64,000 nucleotides of DNA from Eledone cirrhosa (GCA_964016885.1 OZ024741.1:187736001-187800000), one strand, 5' to 3'. Shown: positions 13,275 to 25,996, counted from the stretch's first letter. Numbers and translations are program-made. The notes: generated by a model not told the origin, from the sequence alone.

Positions 13275-13487
13275 CGACAGTCGATGGACTTTCATCAAAT
13301 CGGACTGAGGAAACAATGTTTCCATTGGTCTTTCCAATTGCTAATACTATCTATCTGTCGCAACTCCAGGTAAAAGGAACAACGTAAAAGAAATTGTTTC
13401 GCTCAACGACATAACGCATCACCTGGTCTGGGAATCGAACTCAAAATCTCACGATTGCGAAATCAATTCTCTAACTACTCAGCCATG
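13275..13487 (-). mobile_element. SINE family B
   Basis: Homologous to 826-1040. Confidence 0.8.
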
Positions 13488-13564
13488 TATTCGTGAGTTT
13501 TATATCGAATAATAATAATATTCGATGTGTTTGAAAGCAAACAGCGCCTCATTACGCAATGTGT

Positions 13565-13644
<80 letters not shown>

Positions 13645-14466
13645 CTAGCTGAGGTACCCGGTAATACCAGGTAGTGGAGGTATTCCCAGTTCCCATTAAT
13701 ATGCCCAATGCCTCTTAGGCCAAAAATGAAATCAAAATATAGGACAGATAATCAAAAGCGAAGACCAATTCATTTACGAAACAATAATACAAAAATATAT
13801 TGTTGATTGCATTGGTCAGACGAAAAAATGTTTGTCAGAGAAGTTGAGTGTTGCTATAAGGAAAAAAATAGAACCCCCATTAGGGGGTTTCATTGCTGAA
13901 ATTTTGTGAATAGACATCATATCTTGTCATTTACCTATGGTTTAAATTTCATATAAATCGAAGAGAAAAAATTTTCAGCGATGGGTTTCAGGGTTGGTTT
14001 TGTGCCCCCGGGTAACCCTTATATTAAAATGAAATATACTTATCCAAGTACCCTGAGCAATGTAGTTTCAGAATATATATGGTTATGGGGTCTATCTCCA
14101 AAACCATAGGGAGAGTTCGTGAAATCTTGTTTCATTTATTGGCCAACATTTTCACTATAGGGGGTTTAAACCCCATTAGGGTGTCTTAATATTATTGATA
14201 TTTGCTGAAATTTTGTGAATAGTTATCATATCTTGTCATACACCTATGGTTTAAATTTCGTATGAATCGAAGCGAAAAAATTAAGCGGTGGTTCTCAGCG
14301 GGGGTTTGAACCCCCGGGGAACCCTTTGATTAAAATTAAATATACGTAAGAAATCAAATGAGCATGAGCCCCACACACGTGTCAAGTTTCATCAAGATCT
14401 GTCTGGTAGTTTTTGAGTTTTAGGTTCACAAACTAACAGACAGAAATTGCCATTTATGTATATAGA
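13645..14466 (-). mobile_element. Non-autonomous Helitron
   Basis: Minus strand starts A|TCtatatacataaa..tctgtctg and ends with hairpin ctggtattaccgg plus CTAG|T. Homologous to 19679-20324 and 54286-54542. Confidence 0.75.
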
Positions 14467-14472
14467 TATATA

Positions 14473-14658
14473 TTGTTTCTACGTTTGGCACAAGGCCAGA
14501 AATTACCCAGAGCATTACTGGTACTTTATTTTATCGACCTCGTAAGGATGAAAGGCAAAGTTAACCTCGGCGGGATTTGAAATCAGAATGGCAAGGACCG
14601 TAACTCTATGCGTCAAAGCATAGCGTCCGACCCTCTACCGATACTGCCAATCCACCGA
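14473..14658 (-). mobile_element. SINE family A
   Basis: Full-length copy. Confidence 0.85.
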
Positions 14659-14665
14659 TATATAT

Positions 14666-14856
14666 GAAAAGAATCAGGACCCCGACAGCTGAGCTCCAGC
14701 CGTTTCGACAGCTAGGTCCAGTTCGGATCTAGCTGTCGAAACGGCCGGAGCTCAGCCGTCGAGGTCCTGACTCTTTTCCTATTACCCACTCTACTACCCT
14801 AAGTATCGAGTACTCTGGTGCGTTATGGTCCACCTGGTTCCTTACCACACTTTCTT

Positions 14857-14862
<6 letters not shown>
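14666..14862 (+). mobile_element. PLE-like cassette; palindrome centred on the HHR stem II
   Basis: Arms 14666-14719 / 14725-14778. GAAAC-GGC..GCC-GTC on both strands. TA-flanked. Confidence 0.7.
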
Positions 14863-14932
<70 letters not shown>

Positions 14933-15068
14933 TATACACGCACATAAGTTTGGACAATGTAATAAATACCGCTGTTCCACAAAAATAAAGTTCGCTGTGC
15001 CTCGATGTAATATTCCTATTTACACTGCATTGAATTCTTATGGGGTTGTAGAATATTAATGTGTACAA

Positions 15069-15203
<135 letters not shown>

Positions 15204-15740
15204 ACTTTACAGTCCAGAGCTGTATATTTATTCCCACACTAAAGCGTTATCCACTATTTAACGTATTGTATCCACTCGGGGTTGTAAATTCGTATTTACA
15301 TGTGATTTTTGTAACTTCATTTGAGTAGATGGCAGCTGAGTTAAACGCAATCTAAACGTATGGCTTATTACACACACACACATATACACACACAGACAAA
15401 CACAGAGTTATATCAATCATAATAAATCATACATCCATAGAAGTACGCAAATCGCGGGCAAAAACAAAAACATACTCGAATATACACATGATAAATTCAT
15501 ATACAGATTTACACATAAACACATACATACATACGTACATATGTACATATATACATACATACATACATACATACATGCATACGTACGTACATATGTACAT
15601 ACATACATACGTACGTACATACATACATACGTACATACGTACATACATGCATACATACATAAATATCTACATGCATACATACGTACACATGTACATACAT
15701 ACATACGTACATATGTGCATACATAAACTCATACATACAT

Positions 15741-15822
15741 GATGGCTGCCCCCTCGTTATCGAGTATGGCCATTGCACAATAAAAAAAAAAAATAAATAA
15801 ATAAATAAATAAATAAATAAAA

Positions 15823-15864
<42 letters not shown>

Positions 15865-15884
15865 AAAAAAAAAAAAGGGAAAAG

Positions 15885-15915
<31 letters not shown>

Positions 15916-16035
15916 TATACATACATATATATATACACATATATATACACACACACATACATACACATACATACATATATACACACACATACATACACAT
16001 ACACTCACACATATATACACACATACATTAATAAC

Positions 16036-16072
<37 letters not shown>

Positions 16073-16151
16073 GCAATAATAATAATAACGACAACAACAA
16101 TAATAATATACATATTCATATATATATACACACACACGCACGCACATAAGC

Positions 16152-16193
<42 letters not shown>

Positions 16194-17951
16194 GATAGCA
16201 ACTAACAGTGCTGCGATCGAATGTGGCTTTTTAGCCCAGCCAATGATCTAAAATGTCTTGCACAGAGTCGGCAACCAAAACATTTACTGGGAATAGTCGG
16301 CTGTGGTTGGAGTTCGTGTACTTTTGCATGTCGCTTGAGTCCTCCTGCTGATTTACATTCTCTACCACATGTTTGGCAAGCATGATGAGTAGCATCTCCA
16401 ACAGCAGCCTGGTAGTCAACCACTGGTCTTACTTTATGACTGCGAAGATGACTTTCGAGTCCAGCTTTGCTTAGGCAGAGTCTCGCACAGACGCTGCATG
16501 TCAGAAACATAGGAGGACCCTCGCCGTCTGGAAGTGCAACAGCAATACCCTTCCTCACGTCCCGCTTTACTTTCTCGTGTGCGATTCGAGATGCCTCAAA
16601 GGCAACTTTTCCCTCATATACAGTCTTTCTCCATTTATTACGATCAGCAGCAATATTTTCCCATGTATCAGCAAAGATGTTAGCGTCTTTCAGAGAGGCC
16701 TTCAAGGAATCCTTATACCTCTTTTTTGGTTTATGTGGCGGTCGTTTTCCTTTAACCAACTCTCCATAGAAGAGTTGTTTTGGTATTCTAGAATCCTTCA
16801 TCCTGGCAAGGTGACCACTCCAACGGAGTCGCTGCTTAAGCACAAGAGCTTCTATACTGTCACACATAGAGCTTTCCAAAATCTCGACATCACTGATGTG
16901 GTCCCTCCAGCGAACGCCATGTATCCGTCTGAGACACATCTGATGGAAACGCTCCAATTGCTTAAGGTGGCGTCGATATGTGACCCAGGTCTCGCAGGCA
17001 TAAAGAAGACAAGAGAGTACACATGCCCTGTACACCCTTACCTTTGTCCTCCTGCATATGTCTCGCCGACCCCAGAGTCGCCTTTCTAGCTTTCCGAAAG
17101 CATCACTTGCTTTCCTAATCCTAAGTGAGATCTCACTGTCAAGGTTGCCGTATCGATTGACAGTGCTTCCCAGGTAGACAAACTGATCAACCACTCCAAG
17201 TCGTTTGCCATACACATAGATGTTTGGTTCAGTGTACTGCCTACCAGGTGCAGGTTGGTACATGACGACGGTTTTCTTGAGACTGACAGTCAAACCCAGG
17301 GCAGTGCAAGCGTCAGAAAATACATTCAAAATGTGCTGCATATCACTCTCTGTGTGCGCTACAAGATCGCAATCATCTGCATACAAGAGGTCTCTTATGA
17401 CTGATGTAAATACTTTTGTCTTCGCAGCAAAGCGCCTGATGTTAAATATGCTGCCTGAGGTTCGATATCGGATGTAAACACCATGCTCGCAATTCCTGAA
17501 TGCAATACAGAAAACCATTGCAAAGTATATGGCAAACAGGGTCGGTGCTGGAATATCCCCCTGTTTCACTCCATTTTTTACTGAGATAGGCTCCGACATG
17601 TTACCTCCGACATTAACCCAAGCCTTCATGTCGTCATGGAAAGACCTAACTAAAGCAAGGAACTTATCAGGGCAACCAAGTTTCTGGAGAACCTTCCATA
17701 ATGCATCTCTGTTGACAGTATCGAAAGCCTTTGTCAGATCGACAAAAACCTGATACAGATCCAAGCCCTGTTCAATGCACTTCTCCTGGAGCTGTCTAGC
17801 TGAGAAGATCATATCAGTAGTGCCGCGTCCAACACGAAAACCAGATTGACTTTCAGGAAGGACACAATCTGCAATGTGTGTCAGCAGACGGTCCAGAAGC
17901 ACCCTACATAAAACTTTCCCCACGACAGAAAGCAATGATATACCTCTGTAG
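15741..17951 (-). mobile_element. 5'-truncated RTE-clade LINE with a 21-bp target-site duplication
   Basis: tacataaactcatacatacat at 15720-15740 and 17952-17972. RTE 3' terminus (ggccatactcgataacgag..gcagccatc) followed by (ATGT)n. Confidence 0.9.
16202..17951 (-). CDS. RTE reverse transcriptase (N-truncated) with three C-terminal C2H2 zinc fingers
   Basis: Open frame of ~580 codons: YRGISLL, QSGFR, FVDLTKAFD, GVKQG, LLYADD, YLGS, plus three CxxC..HxxxH motifs. The ORF-track N-terminus (17952-18136) is microsatellite. Confidence 0.95.
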
Positions 17952-18171
17952 TACATAAACTCATACATACATACATACATACATACATACATACATACAT
18001 ACATACATACGTACGTACGTACGTACGTACGTACATACATACATACAAACATACATATACATATATACATACATACATGCATACATACATGCATGCATAC
18101 ATATATACATATATATATACATACATATATATACATATATACATAAGTACGTATATAGGCTTACATTATCA

Positions 18172-18470
18172 CTTCTAAATGCTTTTCAAAAATAATTTTG
18201 AGATAGAGTGTCCGTGCTGTTAGCTCTGATCAGAGCAAACAGCACGGACACTCTATCTCAAAATTATTTTTGAAAAGCATTTAGAAATGCGCAACCGGTA
18301 AAAACTTAAAAACTTAAAACCACAACTGAATACTAACCCATACAATCACTAATACTCTTTTATTCCTAATTAAACCATTTTTCAACTGTGAACAATTTGT
18401 CAGCATTTTCTATTCCGTTTACCAATATATAATAACTTGTGTGTTACACCTCTATTCTTTTAACTATATA
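18172..18470 (+). mobile_element. PLE-like cassette with a 5' fold-back and a U3-A8 HHR-like motif (18267-18303)
   Basis: Palindrome axis ctgatcag at ~18229. 18229-18470 appears identical to 56369-56610. Confidence 0.7.
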
Positions 18471-18552
18471 TATATATATATAGAAAAAGAAATGAAATCG
18501 AAAATGCAACTGAAGTCTTATTTTTTTTTTAAATATATATATTTATTTGGTT

Positions 18553-18590
18553 CCTTTACCGGTTTCGCAGTTCTTCTGCTTTTCAAAAGG
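18553..18590 (-). ncRNA. Minimal type I HHR with U3-A8 core
   Basis: cctt-TTGAAAA-gcag-aagaa-ctgc-GAAAC-cg-GTA-aagg. All helices pair; stem III is the palindrome ACCGGT. Confidence 0.75.
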
Positions 18591-18616
18591 TGAGTTGAGA
18601 TGGAGGGTCTGTGGTT

Positions 18617-18669
<53 letters not shown>

Positions 18670-18671
<2 letters not shown>

Positions 18672-19610
18672 TATTACACAAAGAGAAGTGTGTTACACAG
18701 TGAGATGTGTGTAAAGAATTATTATGTGAGTTTTACCGTTACTACATAGAGAACAATATCTACAGGTTTAGCAATTAAATAGAAAAAAAACTAAGTCAGA
18801 ATTAAATCTCTGAAGTAGAGTTTTAAATTACCAACCTTATAACTATAAGCTTGCTGATACGAATCTAGTTCGTTTCACCACAGAAATGTGCAGTACAACA
18901 GCCCACAGGATCCTCAGTCAGCAAATGTGGATGCTGTTCACGACACATCTAACCTCATGGATAGAGAGAAAGCTAATATACACGCTGCCCAGAGTAGGGC
19001 AAAATTCTCTATTCCTCTTTGACCTAATATTATTATTATTACTGTGAACTGCGGAATACTCTTAATTCCGATCCCCGTATACTTAACGAGCTCCAAATTG
19101 TTGAGCTAATAAATTCGAATGGTTGGGCTGCCCTCTCTAGCATTTTCCCCAATCCATGAGAGCCGTTATTTGATGCAGATAACACGTGATTTCGCCCTAC
19201 TCTGGGCAGCGTGTATATTAGCTTTCTCTCTATCCATGAGGTTAGATGTGTCGTGAACAGCATCCACACTTGCTGACTGAGGATTCTGTGGGCTGTGTAC
19301 TGCACATTTCTGTGGTGAAACGAACTAGATTCGTATCAGCAAACTTATAGTTATAAGGTTGGTAATTTAAAACTCTACTTCAGAGATTTGATTCTGACTT
19401 AGTTTTTTTCTATTTAGTTCTCTATACAGTAACGGTAAAACTCACTTGTAATAATTCTTTACACACATCTCACTGTGTAACACACTTCTCTTTGTGTAAT
19501 ATATTTATATTTGTATTTGAGCTCAGAAGAAAATTCTCTATTCCTCTTTGAGCTAATATTATTATTATTACTGTGAACTGCGGAATACTCTTAATTCCGA
19601 TCCCCGTATA
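18670..19610. mobile_element. PLE-like cassette: ~330-bp inverted arms plus an 80-bp direct repeat
   Basis: 18670-19000 is inverted at 19193-19503. 19002-19081 equals 19531-19610. (TA)n on both sides. Confidence 0.8.
19270..19342 (+). ncRNA. Type I HHR (mirror copy 18851-18924, minus strand)
   Basis: ttgctga-CTGAGGA-[33 nt]-GAAAC-gaa-ctaga-ttc-GTA-tcagcaa. 7-bp stem I, 5-bp stem III. Confidence 0.8.
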
Positions 19611-19629
19611 CATATATATATATATATAG

Positions 19630-19678
<49 letters not shown>

Positions 19679-19682
<4 letters not shown>

Positions 19683-20323
19683 GTTGTAGTTCCTGCCTGT
19701 TTGTTTGTTCACGAACTCTTTCTATGGTTTTGGAGATAGACCCCCATAACCATATATATTCTGAAAACATTGCCCAGGGTACTTGGATAATTATATTTCA
19801 TTTTAATGAAAGGGTTCCCCGGGGGCACAAATGCTCGCTGAAAATGTTTTCCCTTCGATTTATATGAAATTTAAACCATAGGTAAATGACAAGATATAAT
19901 GCATATTCACAAAAATTCAGCAAATTTCAATAATATTAACACACCCTAATGGGGGTTAAACCCCCTATTAGGGTTCCTCGGGGGCACAAACCCCCGCTGA
20001 AATTTTTTTCCCTTCGATTTTTATGAAATTTAAACCATAGATAAATGACAAGTTACGATGCCTATTCACAATAGTTTTGAATTGATATTTTGAAAAAAAT
20101 TATTTACATGAAACAAAATAAGAATAAGATTTAATAATGTTATTTTGATTTTATATATTACAAAAAATAATGTTTTCCAATTTTTTATGCATTTCATTTT
20201 ACATTGAGTAATATTGAAATACAGAGTTTTTCTCCATAAATTATATCACTGATTTAAAATCAATCATCATTTTCTTGCAAAACAAAATGTGTGAAATGCA
20301 GCAAGGCGCGGGTAATTCGGCTA

Positions 20324-20324
<1 letters not shown>
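19679..20324 (+). mobile_element. Non-autonomous Helitron
   Basis: Homologous to 13645-14466. Ends gcagcaaggcgcgggtaattcggCTAG|T. Confidence 0.7.
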
Positions 20325-20375
<51 letters not shown>

Positions 20376-20447
20376 GGTAAATATTGATGTAATTCAATTC
20401 GAGGACTCAACGTACATTTATCCATGTAGGGATGACGGAGTATTTTT

Positions 20448-20795
20448 AGAATAAGGAAATACAAAGTAGTTTAGATGTTACAGTCCTTTATTGATAAGGC
20501 ATATTTCGATGTCGACAGTGGCCACGCGATTCTGCGTAGATACTAGTGCCATGATCTCACCAGACAGCTTCTTACATAATAAGGTTACAATCAGGAGGTA
20601 ATCCTTATCATGTGATTTTTTTATATTTAGGATCACCTCCTGATTGTAACCTTATTATGTAAGAAGCTGTCTGATAAGATCATAGCACTAGTATCTACGC
20701 GGTATCACGTAGCCGCTGTCGTCATTGAAATATGTATCACAGTATTATCAATAAAGGACTTTAACATCTGAAACTACTTTGTATTTCTTTATTCT
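20448..20795. mobile_element. Fold-back cassette with a degenerate HHR in each arm (+ copy 20666-20743)
   Basis: gctgt-CTGATAA..GAAAT-atgt-ATC-acagt. Homologous to the intact HHR at 34722. Confidence 0.75.
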
Positions 20796-20984
20796 CTCTC
20801 TATATATATATAAGATAATTATTTTGTGTGACGAATGAAGTGGACATTCCTTGCAAGAATCATCTAGTTTCTTGAAACTTTCGGTAATGGAATAATTATA
20901 TTGTGTTGTATATGATGCAATTAAATAGCTCTGTATAATACATAGAGCACTCTTTTTTCTTTTACCTTTTCAACGGAAATACTT

Positions 20985-21057
<73 letters not shown>

Positions 21058-21136
21058 GTGTGTGTGTGTGTGTGTGTGTGTCATACCAAGGGCATAATAT
21101 ATGCGTGTCTGAGCACATTAATATACTTGTCAACGA

Positions 21137-21184
<48 letters not shown>

Positions 21185-22064
21185 CTCGATAAGGATACAT
21201 ATATATCAAATATATAAGAACCGTAGAGCAAATATATATATATTTACTGAGGAGAGCGGGACATGATATTCCTACACTTTTTTAACTCGAAACATATTTG
21301 GATCTTAAAGTCTAAACTTATCTACGGAACAGGTTTGATTTTGAAATTTAAATGTGTCTAAACATCACGGCCTTTTGACAATACAGTTCGTCTCCGTTGA
21401 TTTATTATTTTAAATCGATATGGACAAACTGTAGTATAATAATTAGTATACTTCAATCTGGCTAAATTTTTCTTTTGCAATATATATACAGATGTGTTGG
21501 TATCTGTGTTTCATCACTTACATATTAATTTATACACTGCTCAGGGGATATTTTTTCCTCATTCGAGCTGATTCCATTGTAAAAGAATTCATTACCTTAT
21601 TAATATATATATATATATAAGAACCGTAGAGCAGTATATATATATAGAGAGAGCAGTATATATAGGGAAGATTAATCATATTAAAAGGTATCTAATTTTG
21701 AAGTTCTAGTCAACTTTATTTTGTTACCTACCTAGCTATGCGTGGTTACACACTTGTAAAAATTATCTCCTGTGATTATTCATGTTTATATATATGTTAA
21801 TCAATTTCTAGTTATTATAAAATGCTCGGACCTACTCGATAGAATCTTTGAGCTTATTTTCCGGGCGATATGGCGCACGCCGTTATGGAATGACACCCAT
21901 AATTTTGATTTAGATTAAATTCATTTAATTTATCTTAATTTTGGATATAACTATATAAATACGGCTCCTTAATTGTAGAGCTAACTCTGTTGAAAGGAAA
22001 CGACTGCTGTTTCTAGTTGTCGAATACCTATTCACGCCACTGAGACGAAGCTGCCAACAAATAC

Positions 22065-22410
22065 CCAGTACATTACTGGTACTTTATTTTATCGAGCCCG
22101 TAAGGATGAAAGGCAAAGTTAACCTCGGCGGGATTTGAAATCAGATCATAAAGGGATGTAACTCTATGCTTCAAAGCATGGTGTCCGACTCTCTACCGAT
22201 ACTGCCAATCCACCGCCTTTGAATAAATAATTGTTTCTACGTTAGGCACAAGGCCAGCAATTATCCAGTACATTACTGGTACTTTATTTTATCGACCCCG
22301 TAAGGATGAAAGGCAAAGTCAACCTCGGCGGGATTTGAACTCAGATCGTAAAGGGACGTAACTATGCTGGAAAGCATGGCCTCCGACCCTCTACCGATAC
22401 TGCCAATCCA
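22065..22410 (-). mobile_element. Two tandem SINE family A copies
   Basis: Copies at 22065-22217 and 22230-22410. Confidence 0.85.
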
Positions 22411-22767
22411 AAATAATGAATGAATATTACATAATTTATCTACTAAATGTCGTGGCTGTTGATTAAATATATTTTGTTTATTTAAAGATTCACTTTTTTT
22501 TAATTTCTGAAATGTCAATACTTCCGGTGGCGATCACTTAAATAAACATACTAATTTTCCGTCACTAATTTTCTGATAATGCAGTTTATATATAATATCG
22601 TCTATTTTTAATGTATCATGGATTACGTTACTGATTAAATAGGACAGTGTAACACAGTCTTCATTCAATTTCTATGTATTATATATTGTCAATTACGATT
22701 GTATTTGATGTATCGTATCTACATGTATATATATTTGCGTATAATATCAATATACACACTACACATG

Positions 22768-22805
22768 CTAGCAGAAAACCACCCGAAGGGTGGTTTTTCT
22801 GCTAG
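22768..22805. repeat. Palindrome reading as a Helitron 3' end on both strands
   Basis: CTAGcagaaaa-ccaccc-gaa-gggtgg-tttttctgCTAG. Confidence 0.5.
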
Positions 22806-24584
22806 TATCTATAATTATATTATTCATTGTATGATCCGATCCCTTCTAAGGCAGTCGGTGTGAGATTTGGCTGTTATTTCTAGTTGTTCACAATTTATGT
22901 GTTCACAATTTATAGGTTCCTCTGTTAACTCATCAAATAATGTACAGAGCACCATTATCGCTACACAATGATATGTGCCTGGAGAATGTGGGAGATGGTT
23001 CTTCGGCGCGCAGAACCCTAGGGGCATGCTGTTGCATGATGGCAGCGTAGAGAATAGAGAAAGCATTATCTCGGCTGTAATCGAGGGAGACGCGTTAAAA
23101 TATTGATAATGCTGTTTAACCCCAGGCCAGACATGTGTGATTAAAGACATTCCACCGTAAACATCTCGTTTTGTTTTCTCTGGCGTGGTGCATCTAGTGT
23201 GTCTTCGAATAGTTCATCCAAGAAGGGAAGAGATTTACTTGCTGTATATAGTAGGTCGAGTTATTACGTACAGACCTATTTTATCAAATATTATCATACA
23301 CATGTATGTGTTTATAAGTGTGTGTGCATGCGTGAACTTGTGTATATGTGTTGTATTTATCAGGGTATGCATGCGGAGGACTGCGATCCACACCTCTTTC
23401 AATCAACATACTACTGTATTAAAACAGGAGGGCAATACGTATATCATCCAAAGTACAATGAAACAAATGTCAGCAATATCCTGGATGGGGTGCTATTGAT
23501 CATACGCCTGCTCAGTTCTAGCCGACTGTGAATTAAACAACATGTGTATAGCTGTGGACGTGCATGCGTATGCGCGTGTGTGTGTGTAAACTTCATTGAA
23601 AATAAAACTGTTAGCCGAGCTGAAGAAGGCAGCATACGTTGTTGTCAACAGAATTATCTCTCTTGACACTTTATTTCTATTCCCATATACTGTACATTGT
23701 CGTACGAGCCATAGTAACTCATTAATTGTCTGGTTAATGATTAGCGAAACAAAACTAAATCAAATACCTATTTTGAGGAAGTGCTGCAAACAAGCGCCCT
23801 GTAACGTAGTAGGTAACACCGCCGACTAGCTAAGAGATAGATAAGTATTTCATATCAAGAACGTCTCAAATACGTTCTATTAATTTACGCCGAAAACCTT
23901 AGCAGTTAATTTATTTCATTAAGCAAGGATGAAAGGAAAAGCTCGACAAGCAACACGGTACAGCTAGAGACTTATTCAATTTATACTTGCACGTATTTTC
24001 ATTGAGAAATAGATTTTGTCGTAGTTATTTTGCAGGTTATAATAGCATCCATTCATATAATTTACATTCTTATAAATATTTTATATTTTCATAATCAAAA
24101 TTTCCCTTTTATACTTATTTACAGTAATTTTTACAAACAAATAAATTTACAAATAAATCATTCGAGGCATTGAATTCCGGCACTTACTATTGAGAGTTGA
24201 TTGCCTCAATAACCTTTTAATAACTAACTCGATGACCAATGGAATAATGCTGTTAAGCACACTACTAGGCAACAAAGTCTTAGTTATCACAATCTAGACA
24301 ATTTATTTTACTGTTTGTCAGCCCTTGCAAAAAACCGCAGGTGTATATCAGCTAAATTTTCTTATTTTGAGGTACGCTGGTGGTATGGTATGATCCCGCA
24401 ACACCTGATGGAATCGTAGGGGAGCCGTATTGGCATATAGCGTTTCTTGGGTATCATTTAGACTGGCGGAACCCATCCCTTTCCAGATCTTATCACAGCA
24501 GATTTCTTCCAAAGAAGAATATAAAGTGAGAGAGAGAGAGGGGGGGGTGAGAGGGGGGGGTGGGGGGGTGAGAAAGAGATATAA

Positions 24585-24720
24585 AGGACTGGTACTTTTT
24601 TATCGACTTCAAAAGGATGAAAGGCAAAGTTGATCTCAGTGAGATTTGAACTGACAGAGCAGAGATCCAAAACGAATACCGCAAAGCATTCTATCTGACG
24701 TTTTAATGACTCCGCCCGGG
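24585..24720 (-). mobile_element. SINE family A (degenerate)
   Basis: Core ctggtac..tatcgac..ggatgaaaggcaaagtt. Confidence 0.75.
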
Positions 24721-25308
24721 GCACGATTATATTTCTATATAACCTTACTAATAATTCAGCTTCCCAAACATACCTGTGATTTCCAGTAAAAAAAAAAACA
24801 TCCAGTAGTAGTAGTGGAATAGACATATGAATGTTCGGCGCTGTTCTAATACACTTGGTAATACTTTAAACCATAGTTTGTTCAAGTTCTGATTTCATAT
24901 TTGGTTTTGAAGCAATGATTTTACGGCTCTAATTGCGACTTATACTCTGTCGTATAGAGTAAGTCATATTTATGTTCAATACAGAAGCCCAGCCAAATAT
25001 GAAAATACAAAAATTATGTTTGAAATAAATATATTGATCTGAAAGACATAGTAGCTACTATTATCTCATATCTATTGTTAAGAAATTCATAGCCTTGTAT
25101 TTCAGACTTCAAACAAAAGACCACTTGCAATGTTCACAACAAAAGACCCCCTTGTTTCTATATATTAAAGACAGTAAAATAGTTCTTAAACTGAATTTTA
25201 TTAGATGTTAAAGCGAACCACGATCAACACATCAAAACAAAATCTTAAACAAATTGCCATTTATATTGTTGATTTTGCACATATGGTGGGGGTCTTTTCC
25301 TCCTTTTT

Positions 25309-25475
25309 ACTGTTGTTGTTGTTGTTGTTGTTACCACTGCTGCTGCTGTTGTTGTTGTTACTACTGCTGCAGTTGTTGTTGTTGTTGTTACCACTACTGT
25401 TGTTGTTGTTTCTACTGCTGCAGTTGTTGTTGTTGTTGTTGTTAGTATTGCTGCAGTTGTTGTTGTTACCACTGC

Positions 25476-25509
<34 letters not shown>

Positions 25510-25623
25510 TGTTGTTGTTGTTGTTGTTATTGTTGTTACTACTGCTGCTGTTGTTGTTGTTACTACAGCTGCTGTTGTTGTTACTACTGTTGTTGTTACT
25601 TCTACTGTTGTTGTTACCACTGC

Positions 25624-25669
<46 letters not shown>

Positions 25670-25730
25670 TGTTGTTCTTCTTCTTCTTCTTGTTCTTGTT
25701 CTTGTCGATGATGATGATGATGTTGCTGCT
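25309..25730. repeat. Compound trinucleotide microsatellite (TTG/CTG/TAG/TTC/ATG)
   Basis: Direct inspection. Confidence 0.95.
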
Positions 25731-25996
25731 GCCAATTGCTGATTTCCATCCGTCGGAAAAGATTTCAGATATATGTCGATTTGGCAGACTCCTTTTATCT
25801 CGATTATGCCCACGTTGCTTTCATCCTTTCATCGTTGATAAATACTTCCTGTTGGGTCCAGGTTAAGCGGCACTTATTACATCATGGTAGATCCAGTACC
25901 ATAATAGCTAAGGGTCATTTATCGTTTCGGATTGACTCATATCATGTGAGTGAAATTGGGTTGTGTGACACTAATTCTTCCTGAGATTAACCTTAA

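Noticed and set aside
17952-18136. N-terminal extension of the 644-aa ORF
   Set aside because: Lies outside the TSD; it is microsatellite fortuitously in frame.
21246-21305. CTGAGGA-gag..ctc-GAAAC as an intact HHR
   Set aside because: Stem I is missing and there is no matching GUH; at best a decayed member (relative at 50400-50500).
25205-25866. Poly-L/V/T/N/S ORFs resembling membrane or low-complexity proteins
   Set aside because: Trinucleotide microsatellite open in multiple frames on both strands.
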